Part shown: positions 29,902-40,900 of the stretch, piece by piece | How the letters are laid out: every line of letters begins with the position of its first letter | Numbering within the stretch: position 1 is the stretch's first letter | DNA from: a virus | Reading direction: 5' to 3' (one strand) | Length of the DNA stretch: 64,000 bases | Virus record (IMG/VR): IMGVR_UViG_3300035698_006802 | Span: 34,703-98,702 of that record | Translations under genes and position numbers: made by a program | Notes under the pieces: model-generated | Told to the model about the DNA's origin: nothing | The model's database searches: none | What the model saw: the letters and a program-made list of their open reading frames with translations, nothing else

Positions 29902-29916
29902 CGGTAATTTTCCTAT
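29902..29916 (+). promoter_or_regulatory. Class B motif (cggta-attttc-ctat)
   Basis: Intergenic, perfect consensus. Confidence 0.6.
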
Positions 29917-29943
29917 CAGGGGGGATTGGTGGGAGGGACAAGC

Positions 29944-30846
29944 ATGCCCCGCAAGCTGATCACTGGCCAACCGACGTACACTTTGCTTGTTGCAAATCTC
30001 ACTGGGGGTTCTGATCCCAGTAAGGGAGTGGCAGGCAATCCCGTGAAGGCGAGAAGTGCTATCACCTTCCAACACTTCCCTGAAGTGAGTCGGGAAGGGC
30101 ATGATATCGGTCCTGACGATTCGGGTCTTCGAACCCTTCAGGGTCATGTGGACTACACCGTCAGCCCCGTCCCTGCGGGGGGTACAGTCACTGTGGAGGT
30201 GACAGACACCGATTTCACGGCACAAGCAAGCCTGTCATTTGGGGAGTTCTTCGTCGTGTCAGGTGACGACTATGATGCCACCACAGGCTCAATCTATCCT
30301 GCGGAAGACATCACCAGCACTGCTCCAAACAATGTCATTGTGATTTGGAAGACTGCGGGTGCAGGTGGTGGTGAAGGTACCATCAATGTACCTGCCAACG
30401 TGCCCATCACAGCGGGGTCGGTGACAGTCAGTTGGGAATCCGGTGCAGCAGCGAAGACCCAGGTAGACGATGGTATTGGTGGATTTACGGGCGATGGTAA
30501 CCCCGCTGGTTCCTCGATTGTCTATGCCACGGGTGCCATTGATCTCGACACCACAGCACTTCCCCCGGATGCTGCAAGCACGATCACAATCACCTACACG
30601 GCTGACATTACCTTGGCAGAAGTGGCAACAAATCTTGCGGCTGCAATCAATGGGTTGCCAGGATTTACAGCCCCCGCCCCGGGTGCAGCCACTATTACTG
30701 TGACGGGTGCTGCAGGGCCTATCGGCAATGCCATTCTCTTTGAAGCTATCTATGCGGGAGCCGTGGAAAACTTCACACTCGCCCCGCTCGATGGTTCCTT
30801 CGATGGTGCAGAACCCACCATCGGACCCCCCGTGATCACTCCGTAG
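29944..30846 (+). CDS. Structural protein with nested tail-sheath-like insertion domains
   Basis: PITAGSVTV..DDGIGGFTG..IVYATGAI..PP..TITITY inside an A.NLAAAIN..GN domain. Confidence 0.6.
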   Translation: MPRKLITGQPTYTLLVANLTGGSDPSKGVAGNPVKARSAITFQHFPEVSREGHDIGPDDSGLRTLQGHVDYTVSPVPAGGTVTVEVTDTDFTAQASLSFGEFFVVSGDDYDATTGSIYPAEDITSTAPNNVIVIWKTAGAGGGEGTINVPANVPITAGSVTVSWESGAAAKTQVDDGIGGFTGDGNPAGSSIVYATGAIDLDTTALPPDAASTITITYTADITLAEVATNLAAAINGLPGFTAPAPGAATITVTGAAGPIGNAILFEAIYAGAVENFTLAPLDGSFDGAEPTIGPPVITP

Positions 30847-30857
30847 GAAGGTACCCC

Positions 30858-31544
30858 ATGGCCAGAAGCGCACAGACTGCAATGGACCGGAATCGGATCC
30901 TCATGAATCTTCCTGACGGTGCCAAGCGCGTGCAGGTCATGGATGCAAAGGGCAAGACCCGGTACAAGAAGCCTTCCGAGGTGGGTGCTGGGGACAACAT
31001 CATGTTCAACACCAACGGGGAACCCATTGTCATGTGTGGGAGCCCGGGGCGCAAGGCAAGCACAAACACAACCGTGCTCAAGCCCCTCAACGACAACATC
31101 GGTGAGGTGGTGGAGGCGAAGAACGTCCACATTGCGAACAACGAGCTTGTCAGCACCCTGAAGAAGGATCCTGAAAGCGACGGTGTCATGGACATGGTGA
31201 TGTGGGGGCTCGCGGAGGAAGCTGCGTCCCTGGAGTTTGAGCGTGGTGAGGCAGAGCGGCACGGGAAGGACACGTCTTCTTTGTCTCTGCGGCGTGCCAA
31301 CATCCTGAGGGCCACGGGTGAGCTGTTCCTCAAGCGTCGTGAGAAGATGGGCACAGGGTCCATTGACATGGAGACCAAGGCCTTTGAGACCGTGTTCCTG
31401 TTCATGCTGGAAACGTTCAGAGAGGCAATGGAAGAAGCAGGGGTGCGTCCCGAGCTGATCGAGACTGCCTTTGCAAAGGTGTCCAAGCGCCTTGCAGGTT
31501 CATGGAAACAGGAGGCAAATGCCCGGATGCGGGAGATTAAGTGA
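30858..31544 (+). CDS. Putative terminase small subunit
   Basis: Overlaps terL (GTGA); helical C-terminal half. Confidence 0.5.
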   Translation: MARSAQTAMDRNRILMNLPDGAKRVQVMDAKGKTRYKKPSEVGAGDNIMFNTNGEPIVMCGSPGRKASTNTTVLKPLNDNIGEVVEAKNVHIANNELVSTLKKDPESDGVMDMVMWGLAEEAASLEFERGEAERHGKDTSSLSLRRANILRATGELFLKRREKMGTGSIDMETKAFETVFLFMLETFREAMEEAGVRPELIETAFAKVSKRLAGSWKQEANARMREIK

Positions 31545-33859
31545 GTCTTTCGGATCTGGCAATTGATGTGGGGAGGCCACAAGCCTCCCAATCTACGAGT
31601 TCAGTAGACATCATCACCTTCATCGAGGCTCCCTGGGGTCTCAATATGAAGCTGTTCCCAGTCCAGAAAGTCATCCTGAAAGCACACTATGGGATTGCTC
31701 TGGATGACAACCCGGAAGGGTTCGATCTGAACAAGCCTATCCCCTTGGGCCACCCCAACTACGAGGAGATCATCGACTCCGATCCTGTCTGTGCAGAGAA
31801 CAAGATCGATGTGGTGAACCCTGCGAAGATTCCGAAGGGGACCACCATTACCCTGAAAGATCACGAGGGCAATGTCACTGAGCTTGTGAACGGGCAGGAG
31901 TGGTCGTCAAAGGGGAGCCTGCAAGCTGTCCTGGTTTCCATTGAGAAGGCAGTCAATACACATGCTGCACAAGGGTTCGAGGCAGAGGTCGACTACAGCG
32001 TGAATCAGATCATGCTGCATAGTCGTGGATTCAGCATCGAAGGAAATGCAGCACACCTGTCGATGACCCCTTCCAATGGGCTTCGGATTGGGTTGCCCGA
32101 CCTGGAAATCTACCAGTACGATTACGAGCCGCACACACTGTCGTTTTACAATGGTGGTGGTGGCTTCTATCGGCATCGTGTTCCCATTTCAGACTGGAAG
32201 CATGAGAATCACCAGGCATTCACAGAGGCGGGGTATCTCCGGTACCTCTACGAAGACGGGCGCTCGAATATCAAGGAGGTCATTCCCGGCAAAGAGCGGC
32301 GGGAGATGGTGCTGAGCATTGGGCGTCGTAGCGGGAAAACCCTCATCAGTGCCTGCATCGCTTCCTATGAGACGTACAAGCTGATCAGCAAGGGTCATCC
32401 CCAGAGCTACTACGGTCTTCCCGACAGTGAAGTCATCCAGATCATCTCGGTAGCTACCGACAAAGATCAGGCAAAGCTCCTGTACAGGCAGTGTTACGGG
32501 CACTTCTCTGGATGCGACTTCTTCGGTGGATACATGGCAAATGCTACCGAGAGCTTTGCCACGTTCCAGACCCCATACGACATCGAACGGTATGGGTCTG
32601 CAAAGACGAACCAGAAGGGGCGTAAGACTCGGTTCACAGTGAACGTCACGTTCCGATCTTGTGTGGCTAAGGGCCTTCGTGGTGCCGGTAACATCGTCGT
32701 GATCCTGGACGAGGTGGCTCACTTTACCGATGCAGGGCAGTCCTCTGCGGAATCGGTCTACACGGCAGTGACACCGTCCACCTCAGCTTTCTCCAAGAAG
32801 GACCCGAAGGACAACCGCAAGCCCATTGGTGCTGTCGAGGGGCGGATCATCCTCATCTCGTCTCCCCTGGGCAAGCAGGGCCAATTCTACAAGATGTTCC
32901 AGATTGGGATGAGTGGTGGCCGCAAGGCTGCCAATATGTTGTGCATTGAAGCTCCCACCTGGGAAGTGAACCCCACCATCCCACCATCGGAGTTTGAGAA
33001 GCACTACAGCAAGGACCCCCGTGTATTCTTCACCGAGTACGGTGGGCAGTTCACAGACCGTACCCGTGGTTGGATTGAAGATTCAACGGAGCTGATTGCC
33101 TGTGTGGATACAGCGGCACGTCCCCAGATTCGGGCACGCCCCCGCACCCCGCACTTCCTGGGCGTTGATATCGCGTTGGCAGGAGACTACAGCGCAATAG
33201 CCATTGGGCACCTGGACGAAAAGAGCAACGTCGTTCTGGATGTAATTGACCGTATCAAGGCAGGTGAGGGAGATCACATCGGGGAGACCCGGTTGGACTT
33301 TGATGGTGTGGCCCAGTGGGTCTACGACTGGTCACGGAAATTCTACATCTCAGAAGGCATGTTCGATATGTGGTCGGGCATTCCTCTGGAGCAGGCTCTG
33401 GCAAAGAAGGGTCTCAAGCAGGTGCAGGCAGTCCATCACACCCCGAAGTTGAAGTCCCAGATCTTCCAGAACTTCAAGGACATGATGTTCGACCGGCGCC
33501 TCACCCTGTACAACTGGCCTCTGTCGGAAGACCCCGGACAACCCTACTGTGACTACCTGACAGAGCTGTTGGAGTTGCAGGCAGAGGTCCTGTCCAAGTA
33601 CATCATCAAGGTGGAAGCCCCCCAGGTTGCTGGCAAACACGATGACTATTCCGATGCTCTGGTTCGGATGGTGTGGTGTGCAACCAACCATGTGGGAAAG
33701 ATTGTGTCCTTTGGGAATGCCAGAACCGCAGCAACTACACACGGCAGATCACCTGTGATTGCTGCCAAGGCCCGGATCCGTGCCCGCATGGGGGGCTCGC
33801 ACGTGAGCCGCCGGGTGGGTCGCAGATCAATCAATCCTAGATGGGGGCGCAAGAGGTAG
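31541..33859 (+). CDS. terL: Terminase large subunit
   Basis: LFPVQ, Walker A GRRSGKT, VILDE, ISSP, APTWEVNP, EYGGQF, nuclease GVDIA and KHDDYSD. Confidence 0.92.
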   Translation: MSLSDLAIDVGRPQASQSTSSVDIITFIEAPWGLNMKLFPVQKVILKAHYGIALDDNPEGFDLNKPIPLGHPNYEEIIDSDPVCAENKIDVVNPAKIPKGTTITLKDHEGNVTELVNGQEWSSKGSLQAVLVSIEKAVNTHAAQGFEAEVDYSVNQIMLHSRGFSIEGNAAHLSMTPSNGLRIGLPDLEIYQYDYEPHTLSFYNGGGGFYRHRVPISDWKHENHQAFTEAGYLRYLYEDGRSNIKEVIPGKERREMVLSIGRRSGKTLISACIASYETYKLISKGHPQSYYGLPDSEVIQIISVATDKDQAKLLYRQCYGHFSGCDFFGGYMANATESFATFQTPYDIERYGSAKTNQKGRKTRFTVNVTFRSCVAKGLRGAGNIVVILDEVAHFTDAGQSSAESVYTAVTPSTSAFSKKDPKDNRKPIGAVEGRIILISSPLGKQGQFYKMFQIGMSGGRKAANMLCIEAPTWEVNPTIPPSEFEKHYSKDPRVFFTEYGGQFTDRTRGWIEDSTELIACVDTAARPQIRARPRTPHFLGVDIALAGDYSAIAIGHLDEKSNVVLDVIDRIKAGEGDHIGETRLDFDGVAQWVYDWSRKFYISEGMFDMWSGIPLEQALAKKGLKQVQAVHHTPKLKSQIFQNFKDMMFDRRLTLYNWPLSEDPGQPYCDYLTELLELQAEVLSKYIIKVEAPQVAGKHDDYSDALVRMVWCATNHVGKIVSFGNARTAATTHGRSPVIAAKARIRARMGGSHVSRRVGRRSINPRWGRKR

Positions 33860-34114
33860 ATGCCTAAAAAGACTCCCACAAGCCCAACTAAATCCTCCCA
33901 CCGGCTCATGATGACCATGGTGAAGACCTCCGAGGGGAAGGTGAAGGTGGATCCCACACCGGAGCAATTCGACATGACTGCACGGGTGTTCCGCCAAGCG
34001 GGGGGTTCCTGGGAGCGGCTGGGGTTGGGTTCCATTGATGACATGACCCTTCTCAAGACAGTGATCAAGGTCGCAATCAAGAAGGGCATCTATACAAAAG
34101 CCTCCAAATGGTGA
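33860..34114 (+). CDS. Hypothetical protein
   Basis: Abuts terL; GAGG RBS. Confidence 0.6.
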   Translation: MPKKTPTSPTKSSHRLMMTMVKTSEGKVKVDPTPEQFDMTARVFRQAGGSWERLGLGSIDDMTLLKTVIKVAIKKGIYTKASKW

Positions 34115-34147
34115 TTCTACCTTCGTGCCCGGTATGGTGAGCCCCCG

Positions 34148-34498
34148 ATGAGTCGTTTAAGAGCCAGACTTTCCAAGTCCGAAGTTGACCGCGAGCTGCA
34201 AGAGCATCTCGCGGCTGCTCAGCGTGCTTTGGAGAAGGCTGCACGGGTTTGCGATGCTACACGGAGAATGCCAGGTGTTGCTGGAAAGAGGGCACCCCGC
34301 ATTGCTAGAGAATTGGCCCGCATCAAAGGTGCATTGGGCAACGTGAGCAGACTGACTCCCCTCTATGATTTGGAGGACCCCGACCTCATGTCGGAGGAAG
34401 ACCGGTCAGAACTGTGGCGAGAACGCAGGGAAGCAAAGCGGGCAGCTGCTGCAGCTCTTGAATCCTCCGAATCCTCCGAATCAGAAGATGGTGAATGA
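34148..34498 (+). CDS. Hypothetical basic/helical protein
   Basis: Overlaps the portal start. Confidence 0.55.
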   Translation: MSRLRARLSKSEVDRELQEHLAAAQRALEKAARVCDATRRMPGVAGKRAPRIARELARIKGALGNVSRLTPLYDLEDPDLMSEEDRSELWRERREAKRAAAAALESSESSESEDGE

Positions 34499-36249
34499 TG
34501 GCACACATTAAAGACGGTCACCCCATCAAGCGGTTGGAGAATGGGGACGGCAAGACGAAGGCAAAGACCGGGCGTGCCTCACAGGGGCGTGTTGAGTGGA
34601 GCGGCGGTAAGGGTGAAACTTCAGGCAGACCCCCGAAGTTTGCCACCACCACATCCATGCGGACGAAGTTCGGCACTGCTACCGGGTCTGCAAACATCCT
34701 GGAAGGTTCGGGCGGCAACTTCTACAGCCCCGAGCTGTCCACGGACTTTCTTGAGCTTCCCCAGAGCCTACATGAGGCCTGGAACTACTACCGATTCTTC
34801 TACCGCACAGAGCCCTTTGTCGGACAGGCGGTGGATCTCCACACAGAGCTTCCCCTGTCGAAGGTGCGTATCTCAACACCCAAGGCACAGAATCGGGAAC
34901 TGGCACTAGCCTCCACACGGTTCTGCGAGAAGTGGTCGCAGAAAATCGGGCTCCTGCGCCGGCTGATGGCAATCCTGTTCGATGTGAACCTCCTGGGCGA
35001 GGCAAACATCTGGATTGAAGAAAACACCCCAGACATGCCAGAGGATATCCAGTTTGAGACTGTTCGTGAGCTGACCGAGGATGGGCAGGCCGTTGAACGG
35101 AAGGTCAGGCGGGAGGACGCGACCGAGCGCACAGTCAAGTGGCTGAAGAAGCACTACAAGGGGTGGACTGGCGTCAGGGTACTTCCCCCTGAGCAGGTTC
35201 GCATGAAGACCTTCAACTTCACGGATGAGAAGATCTTTGAGCTGATTCCTGACAGCAAGACGAAGGATGTCATTGCCAAGGCACAGCAGGGGGACAAGGA
35301 TTCCATTCGTGTCGTCAACTCGATGCCTCCTGAGGTGGTGGCTGCTGTGAAGGTCGGTCGGAACATTCCGCTGAACACTGACCCCGATGCGGGCAGCTTC
35401 ATTTACCACATGGCGAACAAGAAGTCGGACTATGAGCCTCGTGGACACAGCATCCTAGAGCGTTGCATCCGAATCCTCGTCTTCCGAGACAAGCTGAGGC
35501 AGGCCAACACCAGCATTGCCAGCCGCCACATGACCCCTATCCGCATCGTGTGGGGGGAGGACATGGACGTGGCAGACGTGGAGGCCCTTCGCGAGCAGGT
35601 CGATGTGGCGCTCCAAGACCCGGACTACTCCATCATCACGAACTTCGAGGTTCGTTGGGAGGAGATGGGTTCAGACCAGAGGCTTCTCGACCTGTCCTCG
35701 GAGTACGATCTCACTGACCGTCAGCTCTATGCAGGGCTCGGCGTGACTGAAGGGCTCCTGTCAGGGGAGACATCCTACGGCGGTGACAAGATCAACTTGG
35801 AGGTCATCAACACCCGCTACATGCTGCGTAGAGAGCTTCTGCAGGATTTCGTGGGTGAGTTCCTGTTCAAGCCCATGTGCGCGAGGATGGGTTTCATTGA
35901 GGAAGACGAAGATGGTGACGAGGTTGTCATCTACCCGAAGCTCTCGTTCACTCGTCTCGCTCTGCGGGACAACAACGACACCTTCGATGCGATGATGAAC
36001 TTGTACCAGAAGGGCAGCCTCGATGTGGATGTCATTCTGGAGTTGTTGAACATCGATCCTGTGACTACACGGGAGAAGTTGGAGCGCGATCTGTTCACGG
36101 TCAACGACTCCACGTTCAACGAGGTCATGAGAGGGATCTACGGTGATGCAGGTCGAAGCATCGTAGAAAACAGCGATGCCGCAGAGCGGATCGCCAAGGT
36201 CCTCGGTCTCAAGTTCGAGAAGAAGGATGAGGAGGGGGGCCGCTTCTGA
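34495..36249 (+). CDS. Portal protein
   Basis: RFFYRTEPFVGQAVDLHTELPLSK, LLGEA, RGHSILERC, GLGVTEGLLSGE; follows terL. Confidence 0.85.
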   Translation: MMAHIKDGHPIKRLENGDGKTKAKTGRASQGRVEWSGGKGETSGRPPKFATTTSMRTKFGTATGSANILEGSGGNFYSPELSTDFLELPQSLHEAWNYYRFFYRTEPFVGQAVDLHTELPLSKVRISTPKAQNRELALASTRFCEKWSQKIGLLRRLMAILFDVNLLGEANIWIEENTPDMPEDIQFETVRELTEDGQAVERKVRREDATERTVKWLKKHYKGWTGVRVLPPEQVRMKTFNFTDEKIFELIPDSKTKDVIAKAQQGDKDSIRVVNSMPPEVVAAVKVGRNIPLNTDPDAGSFIYHMANKKSDYEPRGHSILERCIRILVFRDKLRQANTSIASRHMTPIRIVWGEDMDVADVEALREQVDVALQDPDYSIITNFEVRWEEMGSDQRLLDLSSEYDLTDRQLYAGLGVTEGLLSGETSYGGDKINLEVINTRYMLRRELLQDFVGEFLFKPMCARMGFIEEDEDGDEVVIYPKLSFTRLALRDNNDTFDAMMNLYQKGSLDVDVILELLNIDPVTTREKLERDLFTVNDSTFNEVMRGIYGDAGRSIVENSDAAERIAKVLGLKFEKKDEEGGRF

Positions 36250-36495
36250 TGAACATTTGACGCCCCAACAGGGCACGCATGAGTGAGTCGAGGGACTGCG
36301 ACCATCCACCCACTGTGTCGATCTGCCAGTCTCGTGATGCCGTGTTGTTGTAGCCGTTCCAGCTTACGAGTAGCTCCTGTGCCTCCTCTGGAGACATGGC
36401 GCGGATCTTCCTGCGAATCCGACGCTCAACTTCCTTGCGGACGTGGAGCCCGGGGCCGTGCTTTGCCGTGCAGCGTGCGAGCCATGCAGTGCCGG

Positions 36496-37047
36496 TCATC
36501 GTGTTTCCTTCAGGTTGCCCATTGCGTAGAGGGCAGCCATCACCCAACTGGTGGGGCTCATGTTGGCATCCGTTTGCCAACTGAACTTTTCTGCGTTCAC
36601 CAAGGTGCGGAAAGCCGCGGGGCTGTGCCCACTCTCCTGCTGAATGGCGCGGTACAGGGTTCGGCTCTGCTGGGGGGAGAGCTTGAACGTGATGCTCCAC
36701 CAACCCTTTTCGGTGTCGCCAGCACTCGCGCCTTGGAAGCCAAATTCAGCAGCAAGCTTCTGAAGTTCGGGCATCAGGTTCGGGGGCAGATCCGAGCAGC
36801 CATCGCAGTCACCGTGCCCGGAAGGGGCCCGGCCGGTCTTGGCTTCGATTTGGAGTCCGCAGCAATTCAGGGAGCAACCCCGATACTGGGAGATGTCACT
36901 GTGGGAGGTCATGACAGCATCCACTGCCTTGATCATTTCAGCTTCGGGTTTCATGCCCAGTAGTTCTGCGGCAGCTTGTCCGTTGACCTGCATTCTGTAA
37001 ACCGGGCGGTAGCTTTCGGCGTCGGGGCGGGCGGTAACGAGTGTCAT
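36496..37047 (-). CDS. Hypothetical protein, putative early gene
   Basis: GGGAGA RBS and class A motif; ATG at 37047. Confidence 0.65.
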   Translation of the reverse strand: MTLVTARPDAESYRPVYRMQVNGQAAAELLGMKPEAEMIKAVDAVMTSHSDISQYRGCSLNCCGLQIEAKTGRAPSGHGDCDGCSDLPPNLMPELQKLAAEFGFQGASAGDTEKGWWSITFKLSPQQSRTLYRAIQQESGHSPAAFRTLVNAEKFSWQTDANMSPTSWVMAALYAMGNLKETR

Positions 37048-37067
37048 TGGGTGTCTCCCTCTCACCC

Positions 37068-37097
37068 CTACTACGCAGATGTCTGGGGTTTGAAACC
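37068..37097 (-). promoter_or_regulatory. Class A motif (copy 2)
   Basis: GGTTTCAA-N13-GCGTAGTAG. Confidence 0.8.
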
Positions 37098-37104
37098 AAG
37101 AATA

Positions 37105-37500
37105 TCAGGATTCGGCGGCATCCTTGCGGGCTTCGGTTAATTCGGCGGCAGTGAGCTTTTTCATGTGCTTCTTGAATTCTGCTGCCTGCGTGGGAAGTGC
37201 GAAGCTCTCGGGCTTCAGCCCGCCATGAACGACTGTCACAGTCATCGTCCCAGGGCCATCAACCCGATCAGACCAACTCGGGCACCACTTGAGGTTCACG
37301 CCTGCACAGTCTTCAATCCAAGGGACAGTGTTAGCCAGTGCATCGACGCTTTTTGCGGTGGCTACGGCTTCGACTGTCCAGAAGTTCTCCTCGTAGCCGT
37401 AGTCATCATCTTCTGTACGAGAATCAACGCTGTCTAGCCACAGATTGTAGGAGCGGCCAACCATCTTCTTCATGGTTGCGAGGGCGTTTCGTGGGGCCAT
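37105..37500 (-). CDS. Hypothetical protein, putative early gene
   Basis: Own RBS and class A motif. Confidence 0.7.
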   Translation of the reverse strand: MAPRNALATMKKMVGRSYNLWLDSVDSRTEDDDYGYEENFWTVEAVATAKSVDALANTVPWIEDCAGVNLKWCPSWSDRVDGPGTMTVTVVHGGLKPESFALPTQAAEFKKHMKKLTAAELTEARKDAAES

Positions 37501-37519
37501 TGGGTGTCTCCCTTCACCC

Positions 37520-37549
37520 CTACTACGCAGGATCGAGAGGGTTGAAACC
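37520..37549 (-). promoter_or_regulatory. Class A motif (copy 3)
   Basis: GGTTTCAA-N13-GCGTAGTAG overlapping the upstream stop codon. Confidence 0.8.
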
Positions 37550-37866
37550 TACTTTCGCATCTTGGGCTCGATTCTCTCATCGAGGAGCCACTGAGCCAGG
37601 GCGAGGACGTGTTTGCATGGCCCCATCTTTCGGGCTCTGCGAGTGCAGTCCTGACAGGAGCAGTGGAATCCCCGCTTGGGGGAGACTGTGATGCGGGTGT
37701 GGTAGAGACGCCGGCTGCTGCTGCGGAGATGGGCTTCCACCTGGTTCTCAAGCTTGAGGGATTCGGGGTCAAGGATCTCCATGTTGCCCGAGCGGTTCAA
37801 GCGACCCTTCTCCGCTGCCTGGAACAGGGTGAAGATAGCATCGTCCCACATAGCAATGTCAGCCAT
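37549..37866 (-). CDS. SWIM zinc-finger protein, putative early gene
   Basis: Y...I......CSCQDC.......PCKHVLAL. Confidence 0.8.
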   Translation of the reverse strand: MADIAMWDDAIFTLFQAAEKGRLNRSGNMEILDPESLKLENQVEAHLRSSSRRLYHTRITVSPKRGFHCSCQDCTRRARKMGPCKHVLALAQWLLDERIEPKMRK

Positions 37867-37885
37867 TGAGGTGTCCCCTTCACCC

Positions 37886-37915
37886 CTACTACGCGGAATC
37901 CCCCAGATTGAAATC
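37886..37915 (-). promoter_or_regulatory. Class A motif (copy 4)
   Basis: GATTTCAA-N13-GCGTAGTAG. Confidence 0.75.
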
Positions 37916-37920
37916 TAGAG

Positions 37921-37935
37921 CGATATCTTTCCTAT
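37921..37935 (+). promoter_or_regulatory. Class B motif (cgata-tctttc-ctat)
   Basis: Upstream of the GGAGG..TTG start at 37961. Confidence 0.55.
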
Positions 37936-37960
37936 GAAAGCAGGGGGTTGGAGGCATCCA

Positions 37961-40900
37961 TTGAAGCAAGCTGCCGACACTGCTCAGATGGGGAAGCTGG
38001 AGGAAGCCATCGAGGCTTTCCGGGGTCCCTTGGCTCGGGCTGAAAACGATATGTTCGGGTGGGGCCGCAAGGTGTCTCCTGCGGACTACCCCTCCATCCT
38101 TCAGGACATCCAGACATCGGGCAAGCGCCTGGACGGGCTTCTCGACATCCAGTTTGAGAACCCAGATCAGGCACTGGGGCTCAAGAAGTACCTGCGGCGT
38201 GTGAAGAACCTCCGCAAGATCATTCAGAAGCTCCTGGCAGCTCGGGATTGGGAGAGTTTGGAGGAGGCCATTGCAGGTATCCGGACCAAATCCAAAGACC
38301 TGCGGGAAAAGCTCTGGGATTACACCGGTGATGTGAAGGCAATCCTTCGCACCTTCGATACAGAATTGGAGGGGACTCTGAACGCAGGAGGGTTCCGTGT
38401 CGTCATGTACCGCATGGGTCTGGCTGACTGGGATTCCGATACGGTCACCCGATTGCAGTGGATTTTGGAGGAGACACACAAACTCCTCGTGAAGCGTGGT
38501 GTGGGGTCGGTGGGGAAGGGGACGGTGTTTGCTTTTCCCACCGCAAAGGTGCCGGGGTCAACAGGGACACTGGCATGGTACAGGCGGTCGGATGACGCCC
38601 TGACCATTGCAGCGGGCTCCAACTACTTCATGAACAAGAATCCCAAGGATATCCTTCGCACCCTCGTGCATGAGTTGGGGCACCGGGCGTACTACAAGCT
38701 GCTGACATCGAAGGGTCGTGCAGCCTGGGGTGAGTTCTTTGAGATGTCCAAGGGCGTCCCGGATGTGGGCGGCATGGTTACTCGGTGGGAGCAGTTTGCA
38801 CAGAACTCGGACCCAAAACGGGAGAGGAGGGATCGGCATTTTCCGTACTACCTGCGGGATCTCCGTAAGCGGGACCCCCTTGAGGCATCCTGGCTGAGCA
38901 TTGTGGTTGACTCTCTAGACCTCGACGGCAAGGAGAAGCTGGATAGGCGCCATGGCCTCCCCACGAGTGCGTCTGTTGCGGCTCTGGACGAGTTGGTGAA
39001 GCGGAAGGGTGAGGTCAAGGTGTTCATGCACCCTGTGACTGTCTACTCTGCTACAAGTGAGAAGGAGCTGTTCGCGGAGGTGTTCTCCCACTACATCGTG
39101 AACGGCCCTCGAACGATTGCCCCCATTGTCCGAGACCAGTTCCGAAGGGCCCTCCCGAGCATGAAGGCGGGGGCAGCCAGCAGTGCGCGCGTGGCTGCCC
39201 AGGTGGGCACTGACACCGCAGAGATCTACGCCATTGCTCCGGAGATGTTGTACGACATCATCAATGACGAGAAGTGGGTGAGCTGGGCAGACGCCATGTG
39301 GGCAGATGGCCCTCCACAGGGTGTGATCGATGGTGCTGTGAAGCCCTGGGATTCCATGGAGCAGATTATTCGCCAGCATGGGGGCGCAGTCTTCCAGACA
39401 GGCGGGGATGGCTTCTTCGGGGTTGAGGTTCCTGAAGCACTTCGGGAATATGGGTTTGAGCCCCCGTATGGCACCGACGCATTTGGGGAAGACCCCGGGA
39501 TGTCAGAGAGGCTGGCTGCCAAACATTTGAGGGCACACAGCTTCCCCGAGTACCGGGGTAAGTCAAAGCAGTGGCTCCAGAAAGAGTGGGACCGTCTCGA
39601 AGAGGAGATCCACGGCGTCGGGTATGGCCCGAAACCGACCAACTGGGTTCCCCGATCCGTGTCGAATCCTGAGCTGTTGGAGCGCCGGAACGCCATCAAG
39701 ACCGAGCGCGGTCAGCAACTCTGGCAGCGCACATTCGCTGATGCACATCGGGTCACACGCATCCCTCAGCGCAAGCACCGTGGCTTGGTTGAAAGGGCAT
39801 TGCAACAGGGTGAGAAGGTACCCAAGGCAGTCCTCGATGACTATCCAGGGCTGAGGAGAGCAAGCACTTCAGGGCGTGTTGCATCCCGATGGCTGGAAGC
39901 CAAGAAAATCCCCCTGAATGAGGCCACTGTTATTCAATTCCGAAAGGACTTCCTGATGCTGATGAAGAACATCAGCAAGCTCAACGTAAACCCGCAGAAC
40001 CTTGAGGTTTGGCGGAAGGCTGTTCGGACATGGGCAGAGCGGTTCGAGCTGTTTGGGGGGCAGATTCGGGAAGACCTGGAAGGCAGGATCCGGCAGAACA
40101 AGAACAAGCCAGAATGGGATCAGGCCATCAACATAGAGTGGGCACAACACTACCTCGACAAGATGGATCCCTTCTGGGGACTTCAGTGGGAACTACGGGG
40201 GCCCCCCTACCTGAATTACAAGGAACCCGAACCCGTGAAGGACATACGGGACCGCCTCCTTGACTCCCCACAGTACAAAGGAATGGATCGGGGTGAGGCA
40301 GAGACCAAGGTTGACTCCTATCTCGAAGGGGCAGTCTACAGGGGGGTCATCAAGACACCAGAGACTGTGATGGCAGAGGCCTGGAGTGATTGGGAAGATA
40401 CCGCTCGGAAATGGGCAGCTCGCACGAAGGGTAAGGCCCGTGCCGCTTGGAAGTACCTCAAGGATCTCGTGGAATGGACTGAGCGGGGCGGGCTGTACGG
40501 TGGTGGGAGTGAGAACATCGCTCTCACAGACGCTGAAGTCGAGAACATCACTATCGAAGGGTTCCGGGTTCAATTCATCGGGTTCTCTGATGCGGGTGAA
40601 TTTACGCAGAGCTACCTTGGGACCTTCAAGGCAGGTCTTGGTCTGTACCGGAAGCACGCGGGCAAAGTGCTCCCTTGGTTGATCCAACACCAGCTCCCCC
40701 TGGTAGTTGAGTGGGCAGGGCGTTCCGGGTCTGGGGATGCAGCAGCAACCTACGAACGCAACCACATTGTCCTTCGGTACTTTGGTGCAACCTCCAAGCC
40801 CAGAAGGATGGCACACACCATTGCTCACGAGATGGGGCACCATGTTTGGAGGACGCTGCTGTCCCGTGACCAGCAAAAGCTGTGGGAGACCTTCATCTCT

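Noticed and set aside
31790-32165. Intein in TerL
   Set aside because: No block A/B or terminal HN-C/S/T pattern
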